64,000 bases of DNA from Bacteroidetes bacterium 4572_112 (GCA_002254285.1 NIUZ01000001.1:701-64700), one strand, 5' to 3'. Positions 9,263-18,938 are shown, counted from the first letter of the stretch. Numbers and translations: made by a program. Notes: generated from the letters alone by a model not told the origin.

Positions 9263-9976
9263 ATGAACAAAGCAGCATTTTATGGTACAGCATGTATCAA
9301 TTTAGAAACTACTATTGGGAAATCCTCTTATAGTGGTGTATTGGATTTATTAGTTTTAGAATCAGATACTCATCCAAATTACTATTCAAGAGCAAATTTC
9401 CCACCAAATAAGCATAAAGATAATTGGCGCCTTTTTCTTTTGGTAAAGAAGCCTATTAATTGTTTTCAAGACCTTGTTCTTCGCAAATCGTATCAAATAA
9501 AGGATAAGCTTAGCTCAAATGTGGAGATTATGCCTGGGCAAATTGTATTCGAGAAAAAAGAAACTCAATGTATTAGAATTAATACCAATGATGCCACTTC
9601 TTTAGCAATGATTATTGAAGAATTTCAAGCAATAGGTATCGACTTTGTGAAAGATAAAAAAGTTAAAGAGTTTACCACAAAAGTATTTTTTAAGAGATAT
9701 ACAGAGTTTGTAAAAATTCAAGATGGGGTTTATTGTGATAGCGTTTTAGAAGGTAGATATTTCTTCGAAATCAATAAACTTATCGATTGGGAAGCATTTA
9801 TAAAAGGGGTAGAGATGATTAAGAATAATTGTAATTTTCATTTATTTGATCCATTCTTAGCATTTAATATTTCTCATGATAAAGCAAGTGATTTCTTTGG
9901 AATATATTCTGAACACTGTGACCAAGAGCGCTTTGGCGAGCTAAGAGATAATATAAATAGGGTATTCTCTTTATAG
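9263..9976 (+). CDS. Hypothetical protein (237 aa), no family recognised; last gene of the DUF134 cluster
   Basis: Long ORF on the same strand, 98 nt after the preceding gene, followed by a strong terminator. No signal peptide or TM segment, and no motif I can name. Confidence 0.5.
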   Translation: MNKAAFYGTACINLETTIGKSSYSGVLDLLVLESDTHPNYYSRANFPPNKHKDNWRLFLLVKKPINCFQDLVLRKSYQIKDKLSSNVEIMPGQIVFEKKETQCIRINTNDATSLAMIIEEFQAIGIDFVKDKKVKEFTTKVFFKRYTEFVKIQDGVYCDSVLEGRYFFEINKLIDWEAFIKGVEMIKNNCNFHLFDPFLAFNISHDKASDFFGIYSEHCDQERFGELRDNINRVFSL

Positions 9977-9993
9977 ATAAAATATTATATACG

Positions 9994-10030
9994 AATAAGA
10001 GCCGCTGACCTTTGGTCAGCGGCTCTTATT
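9994..10030. terminator. Bidirectional rho-independent terminator between convergent genes
   Basis: A 17-bp perfect stem, aataagagccgctgacc / ggtcagcggctcttatt, with loop tttg. T-runs follow on both strands. Confidence 0.8.
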
Positions 10031-10060
10031 GTTTTAGTGGAGGTGTTATTATTTCAAAAA

Positions 10061-12334
10061 CTACTTAATGATAAATTTCTTTTGAACTTTATTCCCATAG
10101 CTATCAATAATACTTACAAAATATATTCCTTTTGCAATGTCATAAAAACTAATAATTGTACTTCCATTTTCAGAGTTTGAGTTAAATGCAATCTTCTTTC
10201 CCAAGATATTCATAAGCTCAATTTCTTTTATTTGCACTCCTTTATGTTCAATAACTAAATTGTCACCTTTATTTAGTGGGTTGGGGAATAGCTTGATATT
10301 ATTTGCTTTTGATAGATTTATTCCATCGACCAAAACGTCAATATAGTCGTTTATTGTTATACTATCGCTTTCGGTAGTAGTGGAAATTACAAGTTTAACA
10401 CTGTACAGCCCTTCTGTTTGATATGTATGCAAAGGGTTTTCCATGGAAGAAGTGTCTCCATCACCAAAATACCAAATATAATTTTCGGGGCTTCCCAAAG
10501 ATGTGTTTTGGAAGTTGACGGTTAAAGGTGCTACCCCTGAAGTTATATCAGCATTAAAATCTGCTGACAAAGATTGCGGTATAATTCCATTATTTGCCGT
10601 ATTTGATCTGCTTGTATTATAGTTTGTATTGGCTTTATAATTATATGGTTGACAAATATATGGGCTCACAATCTCTACTTGATAATAAAGCGCTCCTGCA
10701 GGAGGATTTAAGTCGGTAAAGGAATTATTTAATCCACCTACTGAGTCTATCTTTACCCAATTCATACTAGGATCAGTACGCCATATTCTATATGTTTGTA
10801 CAGGAATTCCTTCATAATAATTCCATAAAAGATTCCATGAACTACCAGCTCCTTGATTTATGCTTAGGTGCATGGTTTTGTGTTTTCCACTAAGCGCGCT
10901 TTCATTGCCGCAAGAGTCTACATTCGATATTTTATACGAATATGCTTTCACTGCAGGATTTGAGTTTATATCCTCAAAAACCCCTGCTGAATCTGCTGGA
11001 ATAAATCCTATGGAATCATATACATTTACTACCGATGATTCGGCGTATATTTTATAATAATCAATTGCTCCTTGTATATGTTTCTCAAAAACAACAACAT
11101 TATGCCCTAAAACATCATCTACCGTTACCAAACATATAGAATCTGCATCCAATGCTCCAACATATACGGTCATAGTATCGGTAGAAGACAATGTGCCATC
11201 TGTTACAGTGCAATAGTAATCGTAGCTTTGCGTTAAGTTGCCAGTTACCAAAGTGTTTCCATTTATGGAAGCAGGAGTAGGGCCATTTGTTGTCCAAGTG
11301 TATGTTAGAGTTCCACTTCCTGAGTATGCAGGATTTGCAATAATTGTAGCAGGTTGGCTACAGTTAGTCGTGTCATCTGCCATGCTCAATTCAAGGTAAA
11401 CACCTGCACTTTCAGTTTTTATTATTGTGCCATTATCACCTACAGCATAAGCAGTATCATTGCTATAGCAATATATTGAATTCAGATTTTCTATTGTAGG
11501 GGAATTCTGTGTAACCCATGTAGTACCTCCGTTTATAGTATGTAGTATAATTCCTCCATCTCCCACGGCATACCCATTATTTGTATCCGAAAAATGTATA
11601 GCATTAATATGTGAAGTAGTTCCGGAGCTTAATGGAGTCCATGACATTCCACTATTTGTAGTTTTAAAAATATTGCCGCTTTCTGCAGCAGCAAAGCCAG
11701 TTGTTGCACTTACAAAGTATATATCATTTATTTTGCTAATGGTAGTAGAAGGTAATCCAAAATAGCTTGCCCCAGAGGTTGTTCTATTAATAAATCCTTG
11801 AATAAAATTATAATCACCACCCACAACACCATTACTAACATCAGTAAAATGAACAGCATTTAAAGTAAAAGTTGTTCCTCCAGAAATAATAGGGTCGCTC
11901 CATGTAGTTCCGTTTATGGTTTTTCTAATAATTCCAGCACCACCAACGGCATAACCAGTTGTTGCAGTTGGGAATTGCACATCATTAAGATTTGTTGTAG
12001 TTCCTGAGCTTTGTGTTGTCCACGTTGTACCATTACTCGAATAATAAATTGTTCCACCATTACCAACGGCCCATCTAGCAGCTGATGTTCCTGCAATTGC
12101 GTTCAGTGTAGATGTTCCCATTGATTGTGAACTCCAAATCAAACCACCATCAGTACTTTTTAGTATTTCACCTGCCGTTGCCGAACCTCCAACGCAATGT
12201 ATTATTGTGTCGTCTATTATCATTAAATCGTTTATGCTAGAGGTATAGCCAGAGTTCAAAGTCTGCCAACCACTTTGGGCATTCATACTTATTGATATTA
12301 TAAAAAGAAAGACGGATAGTATAATTGTTTTCAT
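10061..12334 (-). CDS. Secreted T9SS cargo with a BNR/Ycf48-like beta-propeller repeat region, a PKD domain and a type-A T9SS C-terminal domain
   Basis: Signal peptide. Repeated S/T-x-(D/N)-G-G/T-x-W motifs (STDGGLIW, SSNGTTWT, TINGTTWS, TNSGMSWT, INGGTTWV). PKD signature APLTVNFQNTS...WYFGDG...NPLHTY...G.Y.V.L. C-terminus LFPNPLNKGDNLVIE...GIYFVSI...KKFIIK. Confidence 0.75.
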   Translation of the reverse strand: MKTIILSVFLFIISISMNAQSGWQTLNSGYTSSINDLMIIDDTIIHCVGGSATAGEILKSTDGGLIWSSQSMGTSTLNAIAGTSAARWAVGNGGTIYYSSNGTTWTTQSSGTTTNLNDVQFPTATTGYAVGGAGIIRKTINGTTWSDPIISGGTTFTLNAVHFTDVSNGVVGGDYNFIQGFINRTTSGASYFGLPSTTISKINDIYFVSATTGFAAAESGNIFKTTNSGMSWTPLSSGTTSHINAIHFSDTNNGYAVGDGGIILHTINGGTTWVTQNSPTIENLNSIYCYSNDTAYAVGDNGTIIKTESAGVYLELSMADDTTNCSQPATIIANPAYSGSGTLTYTWTTNGPTPASINGNTLVTGNLTQSYDYYCTVTDGTLSSTDTMTVYVGALDADSICLVTVDDVLGHNVVVFEKHIQGAIDYYKIYAESSVVNVYDSIGFIPADSAGVFEDINSNPAVKAYSYKISNVDSCGNESALSGKHKTMHLSINQGAGSSWNLLWNYYEGIPVQTYRIWRTDPSMNWVKIDSVGGLNNSFTDLNPPAGALYYQVEIVSPYICQPYNYKANTNYNTSRSNTANNGIIPQSLSADFNADITSGVAPLTVNFQNTSLGSPENYIWYFGDGDTSSMENPLHTYQTEGLYSVKLVISTTTESDSITINDYIDVLVDGINLSKANNIKLFPNPLNKGDNLVIEHKGVQIKEIELMNILGKKIAFNSNSENGSTIISFYDIAKGIYFVSIIDSYGNKVQKKFIIK

Positions 12335-12790
12335 ATGGATTGATTTAAGTATTCTTAAATTAGTGGATTTTAAGATTGAAATTGAAATGTTTTTTTACAG
12401 AACAATTAACAAAGTGTTGATAGTGTTGTAAATATGTAATTTAAACTATTATCAATTATTTCTATGTGATTATTTATTATTGGTAAAAATAAGAAAAAAT
12501 ACACCTTTATTCAAGTTTTTCTTTGATTTATTTTATTGCTAGGTGTCAGTGTCACTAGAAGTTATGCTGAAGCTGCGCTCTAGCTTATTGCTATGTTGCA
12601 ATTGAGCGTGTGATTTGGAGTGATCTGCATAATGAGATATGGGTGGTGATATAGTCTAGTTGTGTTTTAGAAACAGGCTAAGCTTTTAAAATCTTAAAGC
12701 TAAGCCTCCGCTTTTAAGCAATGCCCAAATGAATCAATTCAAGCCCTTCACGGAATATGGTTTGCAAGGAAATCATACATATTTTTTTTG

Positions 12791-12798
12791 TACATTTG
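12791..12798 (+). promoter_or_regulatory. -7 promoter box (TAnnTTTG) of ileS
   Basis: TACATTTG lies 67 nt upstream of the ileS ATG. A 6-bp hairpin gaggca/tgcctc (12812-12830) follows in the leader. Confidence 0.45.
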
Positions 12799-12864
12799 CA
12801 CGCTAAAATTTGAGGCAATTACTATGCCTCGAATATACTGAGTAAATACATAATACAATAATAA

Positions 12865-15800
12865 ATGAGCAATCAATATCGTACCTACAAACGTCTGAAC
12901 CTATCTGAATTAGGTAAAGAAGTAAAGCAGCAATGGGATGAAAATAATGTCTTCGATAAATCTGTAGAAAACCGTAAAGATAAATCTACTTTCGTGTTCT
13001 ATGAAGGTCCTCCATCAGCAAATGGTGTGCCTGGTATTCACCACGTTATGGCGCGTACTATCAAAGATTTGTTTTGTAGATATAAAACCTTGCAGGGTCA
13101 ACGTGTTGAGCGTAAAGCTGGTTGGGATACTCATGGCTTGCCAGTGGAGATTGGTGTGGAGAAGAGTTTGAACATCACAAAAGAAGATATTGGAACAAAA
13201 ATATCTGTTGAAGATTATAATAAAGCTTGCCGTACCGAGGTGATGAAATATAAGAATCAATGGGACGACCTTACTCAACAAATGGGTTATTGGGTTGATC
13301 TTGATGACCCTTATATCACTTTCGATAATAAATATATAGAATCGGTTTGGTGGTTGCTTAAGCAGTTGTATAATAAGGATTTACTTTATAAAGGATATAC
13401 AATTCAGCCTTATTCTCCTGCTGCAGGTACAGGTCTTAGTACTCACGAACTTAATCAGCCTGGCTGCTATCAGGATGTAAAAGATACCACTGCTATTGCT
13501 CAGTTTAATGTGGTACGTAACGATAAGTCAGAGTTCCTTTTCGATGATGGAGATGATAAGGTGCAGATGATTGCTTGGACGACCACTCCTTGGACTTTGC
13601 CTTCGAATACAGCTCTTGCTGTGGGCCCAAAAATTGAATATATAAAAGTTAAAACTTTTAACCAATATACTGGCGAACCTATCACTGTGGTTCTTGCCAA
13701 AAAACGCTTTGCTGCTTATTTTCCAGAGAAAAATGCTGAATTAGCAATGGAAGATTATAAGCTTGGTGACAAAAATATTCCCTTTCAGTTAGTTGCCGAA
13801 TATGTTGGTAATGACCTTGCGGGCATTTCTTACGAGCAGCTAATTCCATTTGTAAAACCAATGGGTAAAGCTTTCGAAATCATCACTGGTGATTTCGTAA
13901 CTACCGAAGATGGTACTGGTATTGTGCATATTGCGCCAACTTTTGGTGCTGATGATGATAGAGTGGCTAAGATTGCTGGTATTGTGCCTTTGGTGCTTAT
14001 TGATGCCGAAGGTACTCGCTGCCCAATGGTAGATTTAGCTGGTCGTTTTTATAATATAGATAAGTTAGATAAGGACTTTGTTGCAGAATATGTTAACGAA
14101 GATATATATGCCGAATTTGCAGGACGATATGTGAAGAATGCTTACGATGAGTCAATTGATGCCAAAGCTGCAACCCTTGATATCGACCTTTCGGTAATGC
14201 TTAAGAAGCAGAATAAAGCTTTCAAAGTAGAAAAGCATGAGCATAATTACCCACATTGCTGGCGTACTGATAAGCCAGTGTTGTACTATCCTTTAGACTC
14301 GTGGTTTGTGAAAACTACAAACTATAAAGATCGTATGCTAGAGCTTAATAAAACCATCAATTGGAAACCAAAATCTACTGGTGAAGGCCGTTTCGGAAAC
14401 TGGTTAGAAAACCTTGTTGATTGGAATTTAAGTCGCTCTCGTTTTTGGGGTGTGCCATTACCAATTTGGGTTAGTGAAGATAGAAAAGAGCAAATTTGTA
14501 TAGGCTCTGCTGAGGAATTGAAATCTGAAATTGAGAAATCAATGGCAGCTGGTTTTATGACAGAAAATCCAATGGCTAATTTTGTTGTTGGCGATATGTC
14601 GAAAGAAAATTATGAGACTTTTGATTTCCATAAACCTTATGTGGATAGTATATATCTAGTTTCGGAAAGTGGACAAAAGATGGTTCGCGAGTCGGATCTT
14701 ATTGATGTTTGGTTCGATTCAGGATCGATGCCTTATGCACAGTTCCACTATCCGTTTGAGAATAAAGATACTTTTGAGGAGAAATTCCCTGCCGACTTTA
14801 TTGCCGAGGGAGTAGACCAAACTCGTGGTTGGTTCTTTACTCTTCATGCTATTGCCACCATGGTTTTTGACTCGGTGGCTTATAAAAATGTAATTTCTAA
14901 TGGTCTTGTGCTCGACAAAAAAGGTAATAAAATGTCGAAGCGCCTTGGTAATGGTGTAAATCCATTTGAGACAATTGATAAATATGGTGCTGATGCTACT
15001 CGTTGGTATATGATTACCAATGCTCAGCCATGGGATAATCTTAAATTTGATACCAACGGAATAGCAGAGGTACAGCGCAAATTTTTCGGAACAATTTATA
15101 ATACATACTCTTTCTTTGCGCTTTATGCCAATATTGATGGCTTTAAGTATGAGGAAGCGGATATCGCTTTTGCCGACAGACCAGAGATTGACCGATGGAT
15201 TCTTTCGGAGCTTAACACTCTTGTAAAAACTGTGGAGAAAGCTTATGATGAGTATGAGCCAACAAAAGCAGGTCGTGCAATTCAGAATTTTGTGGATGCT
15301 CACCTTAGCAATTGGTATGTACGCTTATCGCGTCGCCGTTTCTGGAAAGGTGATTATTCTACCGACAAAATTTCGGCTTATCAAACACTATATCGTGCTC
15401 TTATCACTATTGCCCAGCTTGGCTCGCCAATAGCGCCAATGTTTATGGATAGATTGTATCAAGATTTGAATAATCTAGCTAAGAAAAACGATGCTGAATC
15501 AATTCACCTTACTGATTGGTTTGAGGCTAATGTTAATGAGATTGATAAAGAGCTAGAAGAGCGTATGCAAATGGCTCAGAGCTATTCTTCAATGGTATTA
15601 GGCCTTCGTAAAATCAATAAAATTCGTGTTCGTCAACCATTGCAGAAAATAATGATTCCTGTTAGTGGTTCTAAAATGCAAGAGCAAATAGAGAAGGTTA
15701 AAGACCTAATTCTTTCGGAAGTAAATGTGAAAGAATTGCAATTTTTGACAGATGATAGCGATGTATTGGTGAAGAAGATAAAACCAAACTTCAAGACATT

Positions 15801-16296
15801 GGGTCCTAAATATGGCAAAATGATGAAGCAAATTGCTGGGGCAATCAATAAATTTACTGCTGAGGATATCAAAGAAATCGAAAAGGCAGGCGTTTATACA
15901 TTGAATATTGATGGTGAGCAATTGCAAATTGATACTGCTGATGTTGAGATAGCTACACAAGATATTCCAGGTTGGGCCGTTAGTAATTTAGGAGAACTTA
16001 CTGTTGCTCTTGACATCTCTATAAGCGATGAATTATTAAACGAAGGTATTGCTAGAGAATTTATCAACCGTATTCAAAACTTGCGAAAAGACAGTGGTTT
16101 TGATGTTACTGACAAAATTAACATTGACATATTAACAAATGATTCTGTTTCGAGTATAATTGATAGTAATTTAGATTATATTTGTTCGGAAACTTTAACG
16201 GAAAACTTGCAATGGATCGATGCTGAAAATTCTGACTTTACAGAGTTGGATTTAGGAAATGACATTATTGTAAAAGTTAAGGTCAGTAAGATATAA
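12865..16296 (+). CDS. ileS: Isoleucine--tRNA ligase (long, type-2 form)
   Basis: 1143 aa. HIGH-type motif PSANGVPGIHH, KMSKR (KMSKS) motif, and class-Ia editing and anticodon-binding regions conserved throughout. Confidence 0.97.
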   Translation: MSNQYRTYKRLNLSELGKEVKQQWDENNVFDKSVENRKDKSTFVFYEGPPSANGVPGIHHVMARTIKDLFCRYKTLQGQRVERKAGWDTHGLPVEIGVEKSLNITKEDIGTKISVEDYNKACRTEVMKYKNQWDDLTQQMGYWVDLDDPYITFDNKYIESVWWLLKQLYNKDLLYKGYTIQPYSPAAGTGLSTHELNQPGCYQDVKDTTAIAQFNVVRNDKSEFLFDDGDDKVQMIAWTTTPWTLPSNTALAVGPKIEYIKVKTFNQYTGEPITVVLAKKRFAAYFPEKNAELAMEDYKLGDKNIPFQLVAEYVGNDLAGISYEQLIPFVKPMGKAFEIITGDFVTTEDGTGIVHIAPTFGADDDRVAKIAGIVPLVLIDAEGTRCPMVDLAGRFYNIDKLDKDFVAEYVNEDIYAEFAGRYVKNAYDESIDAKAATLDIDLSVMLKKQNKAFKVEKHEHNYPHCWRTDKPVLYYPLDSWFVKTTNYKDRMLELNKTINWKPKSTGEGRFGNWLENLVDWNLSRSRFWGVPLPIWVSEDRKEQICIGSAEELKSEIEKSMAAGFMTENPMANFVVGDMSKENYETFDFHKPYVDSIYLVSESGQKMVRESDLIDVWFDSGSMPYAQFHYPFENKDTFEEKFPADFIAEGVDQTRGWFFTLHAIATMVFDSVAYKNVISNGLVLDKKGNKMSKRLGNGVNPFETIDKYGADATRWYMITNAQPWDNLKFDTNGIAEVQRKFFGTIYNTYSFFALYANIDGFKYEEADIAFADRPEIDRWILSELNTLVKTVEKAYDEYEPTKAGRAIQNFVDAHLSNWYVRLSRRRFWKGDYSTDKISAYQTLYRALITIAQLGSPIAPMFMDRLYQDLNNLAKKNDAESIHLTDWFEANVNEIDKELEERMQMAQSYSSMVLGLRKINKIRVRQPLQKIMIPVSGSKMQEQIEKVKDLILSEVNVKELQFLTDDSDVLVKKIKPNFKTLGPKYGKMMKQIAGAINKFTAEDIKEIEKAGVYTLNIDGEQLQIDTADVEIATQDIPGWAVSNLGELTVALDISISDELLNEGIAREFINRIQNLRKDSGFDVTDKINIDILTNDSVSSIIDSNLDYICSETLTENLQWIDAENSDFTELDLGNDIIVKVKVSKI

Positions 16297-16323
16297 GAAC
16301 ATAACATTCAATACATATATAAT

Positions 16324-16716
16324 ATGAACGAAGAAACAAAACGTCCGAGATATACCGATGAGGACCTTAAAGAATTTAAGGTCCTTATAGAGGGTAAATT
16401 AATAGAAGCTAAAGAGAACCTAGAGCTTTTAATTGAAGCTTATACTAATACAGGAAATGGTACAGAGGATACAGCACCAAGTTTTAAGGTATTAGAAGAG
16501 GGAAACTCTGTGCGATCTAAAGAAGAGAATGCTCAAATGGCAGCACGCCAGCAAAAATTCATTAAGAATTTGGAGAATGCTCTACTACGTATAAAGAATA
16601 AAACATACGGAATTTGTCGCGAAACAGGTAACCTTATTTCAAAAGAGCGCCTTCGTTCAGTACCTCATGCTACTCTTAGTATCGATGCTAAAATGTCGCA
16701 AGGTAAAAGGAGATAA
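16324..16716 (+). CDS. DksA/TraR-family protein (Cys-poor variant)
   Basis: 130 aa with a coiled-coil N-half. The C-terminus YGICRETGNLISKERLRSVPHATLSIDAK matches the DksA/TraR C-terminal region. The position between ileS and lspA is typical for Bacteroidota. Confidence 0.75.
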   Translation: MNEETKRPRYTDEDLKEFKVLIEGKLIEAKENLELLIEAYTNTGNGTEDTAPSFKVLEEGNSVRSKEENAQMAARQQKFIKNLENALLRIKNKTYGICRETGNLISKERLRSVPHATLSIDAKMSQGKRR

Positions 16717-16753
16717 ATAAACGAATATTTTTGTTTTAAGAAATAATAGTAAT

Positions 16754-16799
16754 GAGGATTAGTTTGGTATAATGTCAAACTAATCCTCGTGCTTTTTTA
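16754..16799 (+). terminator. Rho-independent terminator after the dksA-like gene
   Basis: A 12-bp perfect stem, gaggattagttt / aaactaatcctc, followed by gtgcTTTTTT. Confidence 0.7.
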
Positions 16800-16834
16800 T
16801 TTAGTATTATCAATTTATAGAAAATAATTTTCTC

Positions 16835-17497
16835 TTGAAAAAGCCAATATTATTAGTTTTAGTAATTCTGATTTTGGATCAGGTACTTAAAATATGGGTA
16901 AAAACCAATATGTCATTGGGCGATTCTATTCCAATGCTTGGCGAATGGTTTTTTATTCATTTTGTTGAGAATAAAGGTATGGCATTTGGTTGGCAGCTTT
17001 TTGGTGGTGGCGAATTTGGAAAAATTTTCCTCAGTATCTTTCGGATTTTGGCTGTTGGAGGTATTTTCTATTATTTATATTTAATTGTAAAGCAAAAAAA
17101 ACATCCTGTATTTATATATAGTATAGCCTTGGTATTGGCTGGGGCAATAGGCAATATTATCGATAGTTTATTCTATGGGCTTATTTTTGAAGCATCAGGT
17201 CCTTTTACTGTTGCTCAACTTTTTCCTGAAGGTGGAGGTTATGCCGAATTTTTGCATGGTAAGGTTGTAGATATGTTCTACTTTCCTATTATTGAAGGTG
17301 TATATCCTCATTGGGTTCCATTGGTTGGTGGCGACTATTTTCAGTTCTTTCAGCCAGTATTTAATATTGCTGATGCGTCCATATCTGTGGGTGTAGCTAT
17401 ACTTGTACTTGGGCAGAAAAAATTCTTTGCTGAGGCGCATACTAATATTGATTCTGATGAAGAGTTGGAGGAATTTATTAAGCCCACAAAGGAATAG
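16835..17497 (+). CDS. lspA: Lipoprotein signal peptidase (signal peptidase II), TTG start
   Basis: N-terminal LDQ..K.WV. Conserved NKGMAFG, GAIGNIIDS and FNIADASI motifs. Sits in the conserved ileS-lspA neighbourhood. Confidence 0.85.
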   Translation: MKKPILLVLVILILDQVLKIWVKTNMSLGDSIPMLGEWFFIHFVENKGMAFGWQLFGGGEFGKIFLSIFRILAVGGIFYYLYLIVKQKKHPVFIYSIALVLAGAIGNIIDSLFYGLIFEASGPFTVAQLFPEGGGYAEFLHGKVVDMFYFPIIEGVYPHWVPLVGGDYFQFFQPVFNIADASISVGVAILVLGQKKFFAEAHTNIDSDEELEEFIKPTKE

Positions 17498-17533
17498 ACA
17501 AATACTTCTAATAAGATTCTAATTTTTTTTATT

Positions 17534-18373
17534 ATGCATAAATCACAAAAAATCACTCTAGGGTTTTCATCATGCCCCAATGATACTTTTATTTTTGATG
17601 CCATGATTCATGGTAAAATTGATACTGAAAGTCTTAGCTTCGATTTAATAATTGAAGATGTAGAGGAGCTAAATAGACGCGCATTTAATAATGAATTAGA
17701 TATTACCAAAATTAGTTTTAATGCTTATACCAAGCTAATAGATAATTATATACTATTAGATTCGGGAGCTGCTCTTGGCGAAAATTGTGGCCCACTTATT
17801 ATTGCAAATAAAGAAGTTTCTATGGACAAATTGCAGGATAAAGTTATTGCTATTCCAGGTATAAATACCACTGCAAACTTGTTGATGAGCTTAGCTTTTC
17901 CTGAACATAAGAATAAAAAAGAGATGATTTTTTCTGATATCGAAAAAGCTATTATAAGTGGCGAGGTTGATGCTGGATTAATTATTCATGAGAGTAGATT
18001 TACCTATGAACAAAAAGGACTTAAGAAAATTCTTGATATTGGTGAATACTGGGAGTCTACCACAGGAACTCCAACGCCGCTAGGTGGTATTATTGCCAAA
18101 AGAGAATTAGGGGAAGAATTAATCTTAAAAGTGAATAGGGTTCTTAAACGAAGTGTAGAATTTGCTTTTGCAAACCCTAAAAGTGGAATAGATTTTATAA
18201 GAGAACACTCGCAAGAAATGAGCGAAGAGGTAATGTATAAGCATATTGCCCTTTATGTTAATGATTATAGCTTGGATCTTGGTGCAAAGGGTAAATTAGC
18301 AGTAGAAAAATTATTTAAAGCTTCGAAGGAAGCTGGATTTATTCAAGAAAGTGATAAGAAGTTATTTTTATAG
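17534..18373 (+). CDS. mqnD: 1,4-dihydroxy-6-naphthoate synthase (futalosine pathway of menaquinone synthesis)
   Basis: N-terminus LGFSSCPNDTFIFDAMIHGKIDTE and overall length (279 aa) match the MqnD branch of the MqnA/MqnD family. Confidence 0.72.
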   Translation: MHKSQKITLGFSSCPNDTFIFDAMIHGKIDTESLSFDLIIEDVEELNRRAFNNELDITKISFNAYTKLIDNYILLDSGAALGENCGPLIIANKEVSMDKLQDKVIAIPGINTTANLLMSLAFPEHKNKKEMIFSDIEKAIISGEVDAGLIIHESRFTYEQKGLKKILDIGEYWESTTGTPTPLGGIIAKRELGEELILKVNRVLKRSVEFAFANPKSGIDFIREHSQEMSEEVMYKHIALYVNDYSLDLGAKGKLAVEKLFKASKEAGFIQESDKKLFL

Positions 18374-18652
18374 ATATAAAATATAAAATTTAAATGAAAA
18401 AAGCCGAAGTTTCCCTTGGCTTTTTTTTATTTCAATTTTATTAATTAGTGATCCGATATTATTGTATGACAAACATTATTTTCTGCAAGATCGCAGTAGA
18501 AACAAACCGTATGTTGATTGTTTATTAGCACTAAAGGAACGTTTATTGAGGAGGGAATCTACCGGATCCACGTAAACAAAAGTAGATGTATATAATACGT
18601 AAATAAATGCAAAATTACCTGAATCGTATAGGTAAAATGCCTGTTTTTTGGA

Positions 18653-18690
18653 CAAAAAAATAACCCAACGAATACTTGATTCGTTGGGTT
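18653..18690 (-). terminator. Rho-independent terminator downstream of tRNA-Phe
   Basis: A 12-bp perfect stem, aacccaacgaat / attcgttgggtt (loop acttg), followed on the minus strand by a T7 run (plus-strand A-run 18654-18660). Confidence 0.75.
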
Positions 18691-18698
18691 ATCAAAAG

Positions 18699-18771
18699 TG
18701 GGACCACCTGGACTTGAACCAGGGACACACGGATTTTCAGTCCGATGCTCTACCAACTGAGCTATGATCCC
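18699..18771 (-). tRNA. tRNA-Phe (anticodon GAA), no encoded CCA
   Basis: The reverse complement folds by hand into a 73-nt cloverleaf. Acceptor GGGATCA/TGGTCCC, D-arm GCTC-AGTTGGTA-GAGC, anticodon arm TCGGA-CTGAAAA-TCCGT, variable loop GTGTC, T-arm CCTGG-TTCAAGT-CCAGG, discriminator A. Confidence 0.93.
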
Positions 18772-18792
18772 CTCTTGCTGGTTAAGCGGCTG

Positions 18793-18800
18793 CAAAGATA
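18793..18800 (-). promoter_or_regulatory. -7 promoter box (TAnnTTTG) of tRNA-Phe
   Basis: The minus strand reads TATCTTTG, 22 nt upstream of the tRNA 5' end. Confidence 0.5.
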
Positions 18801-18938
18801 GTATCTTTTTCTTAAGTTCGAACTAATAATTGCAAAAAAAAATAATTATTTTGCAATTATTTTACATGTCTTTTGTTAATCAGTAAGTTATGATATTATG
18901 AAAAATATTATTTTTATTTTATTGCTCATTATATTCGT

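Noticed and set aside
14719-15303. 194-aa ORF antisense to ileS
   Set aside because: It lies entirely inside a strongly conserved gene on the opposite strand. The sequence is low-complexity (I/K/F/S/C-rich) with no motif, typical of a shadow ORF.
18559-18795. 78-aa minus-strand ORF in the supplied track
   Set aside because: It is the translation of tRNA-Phe and its terminator and promoter. The tRNA cloverleaf explains the sequence completely.
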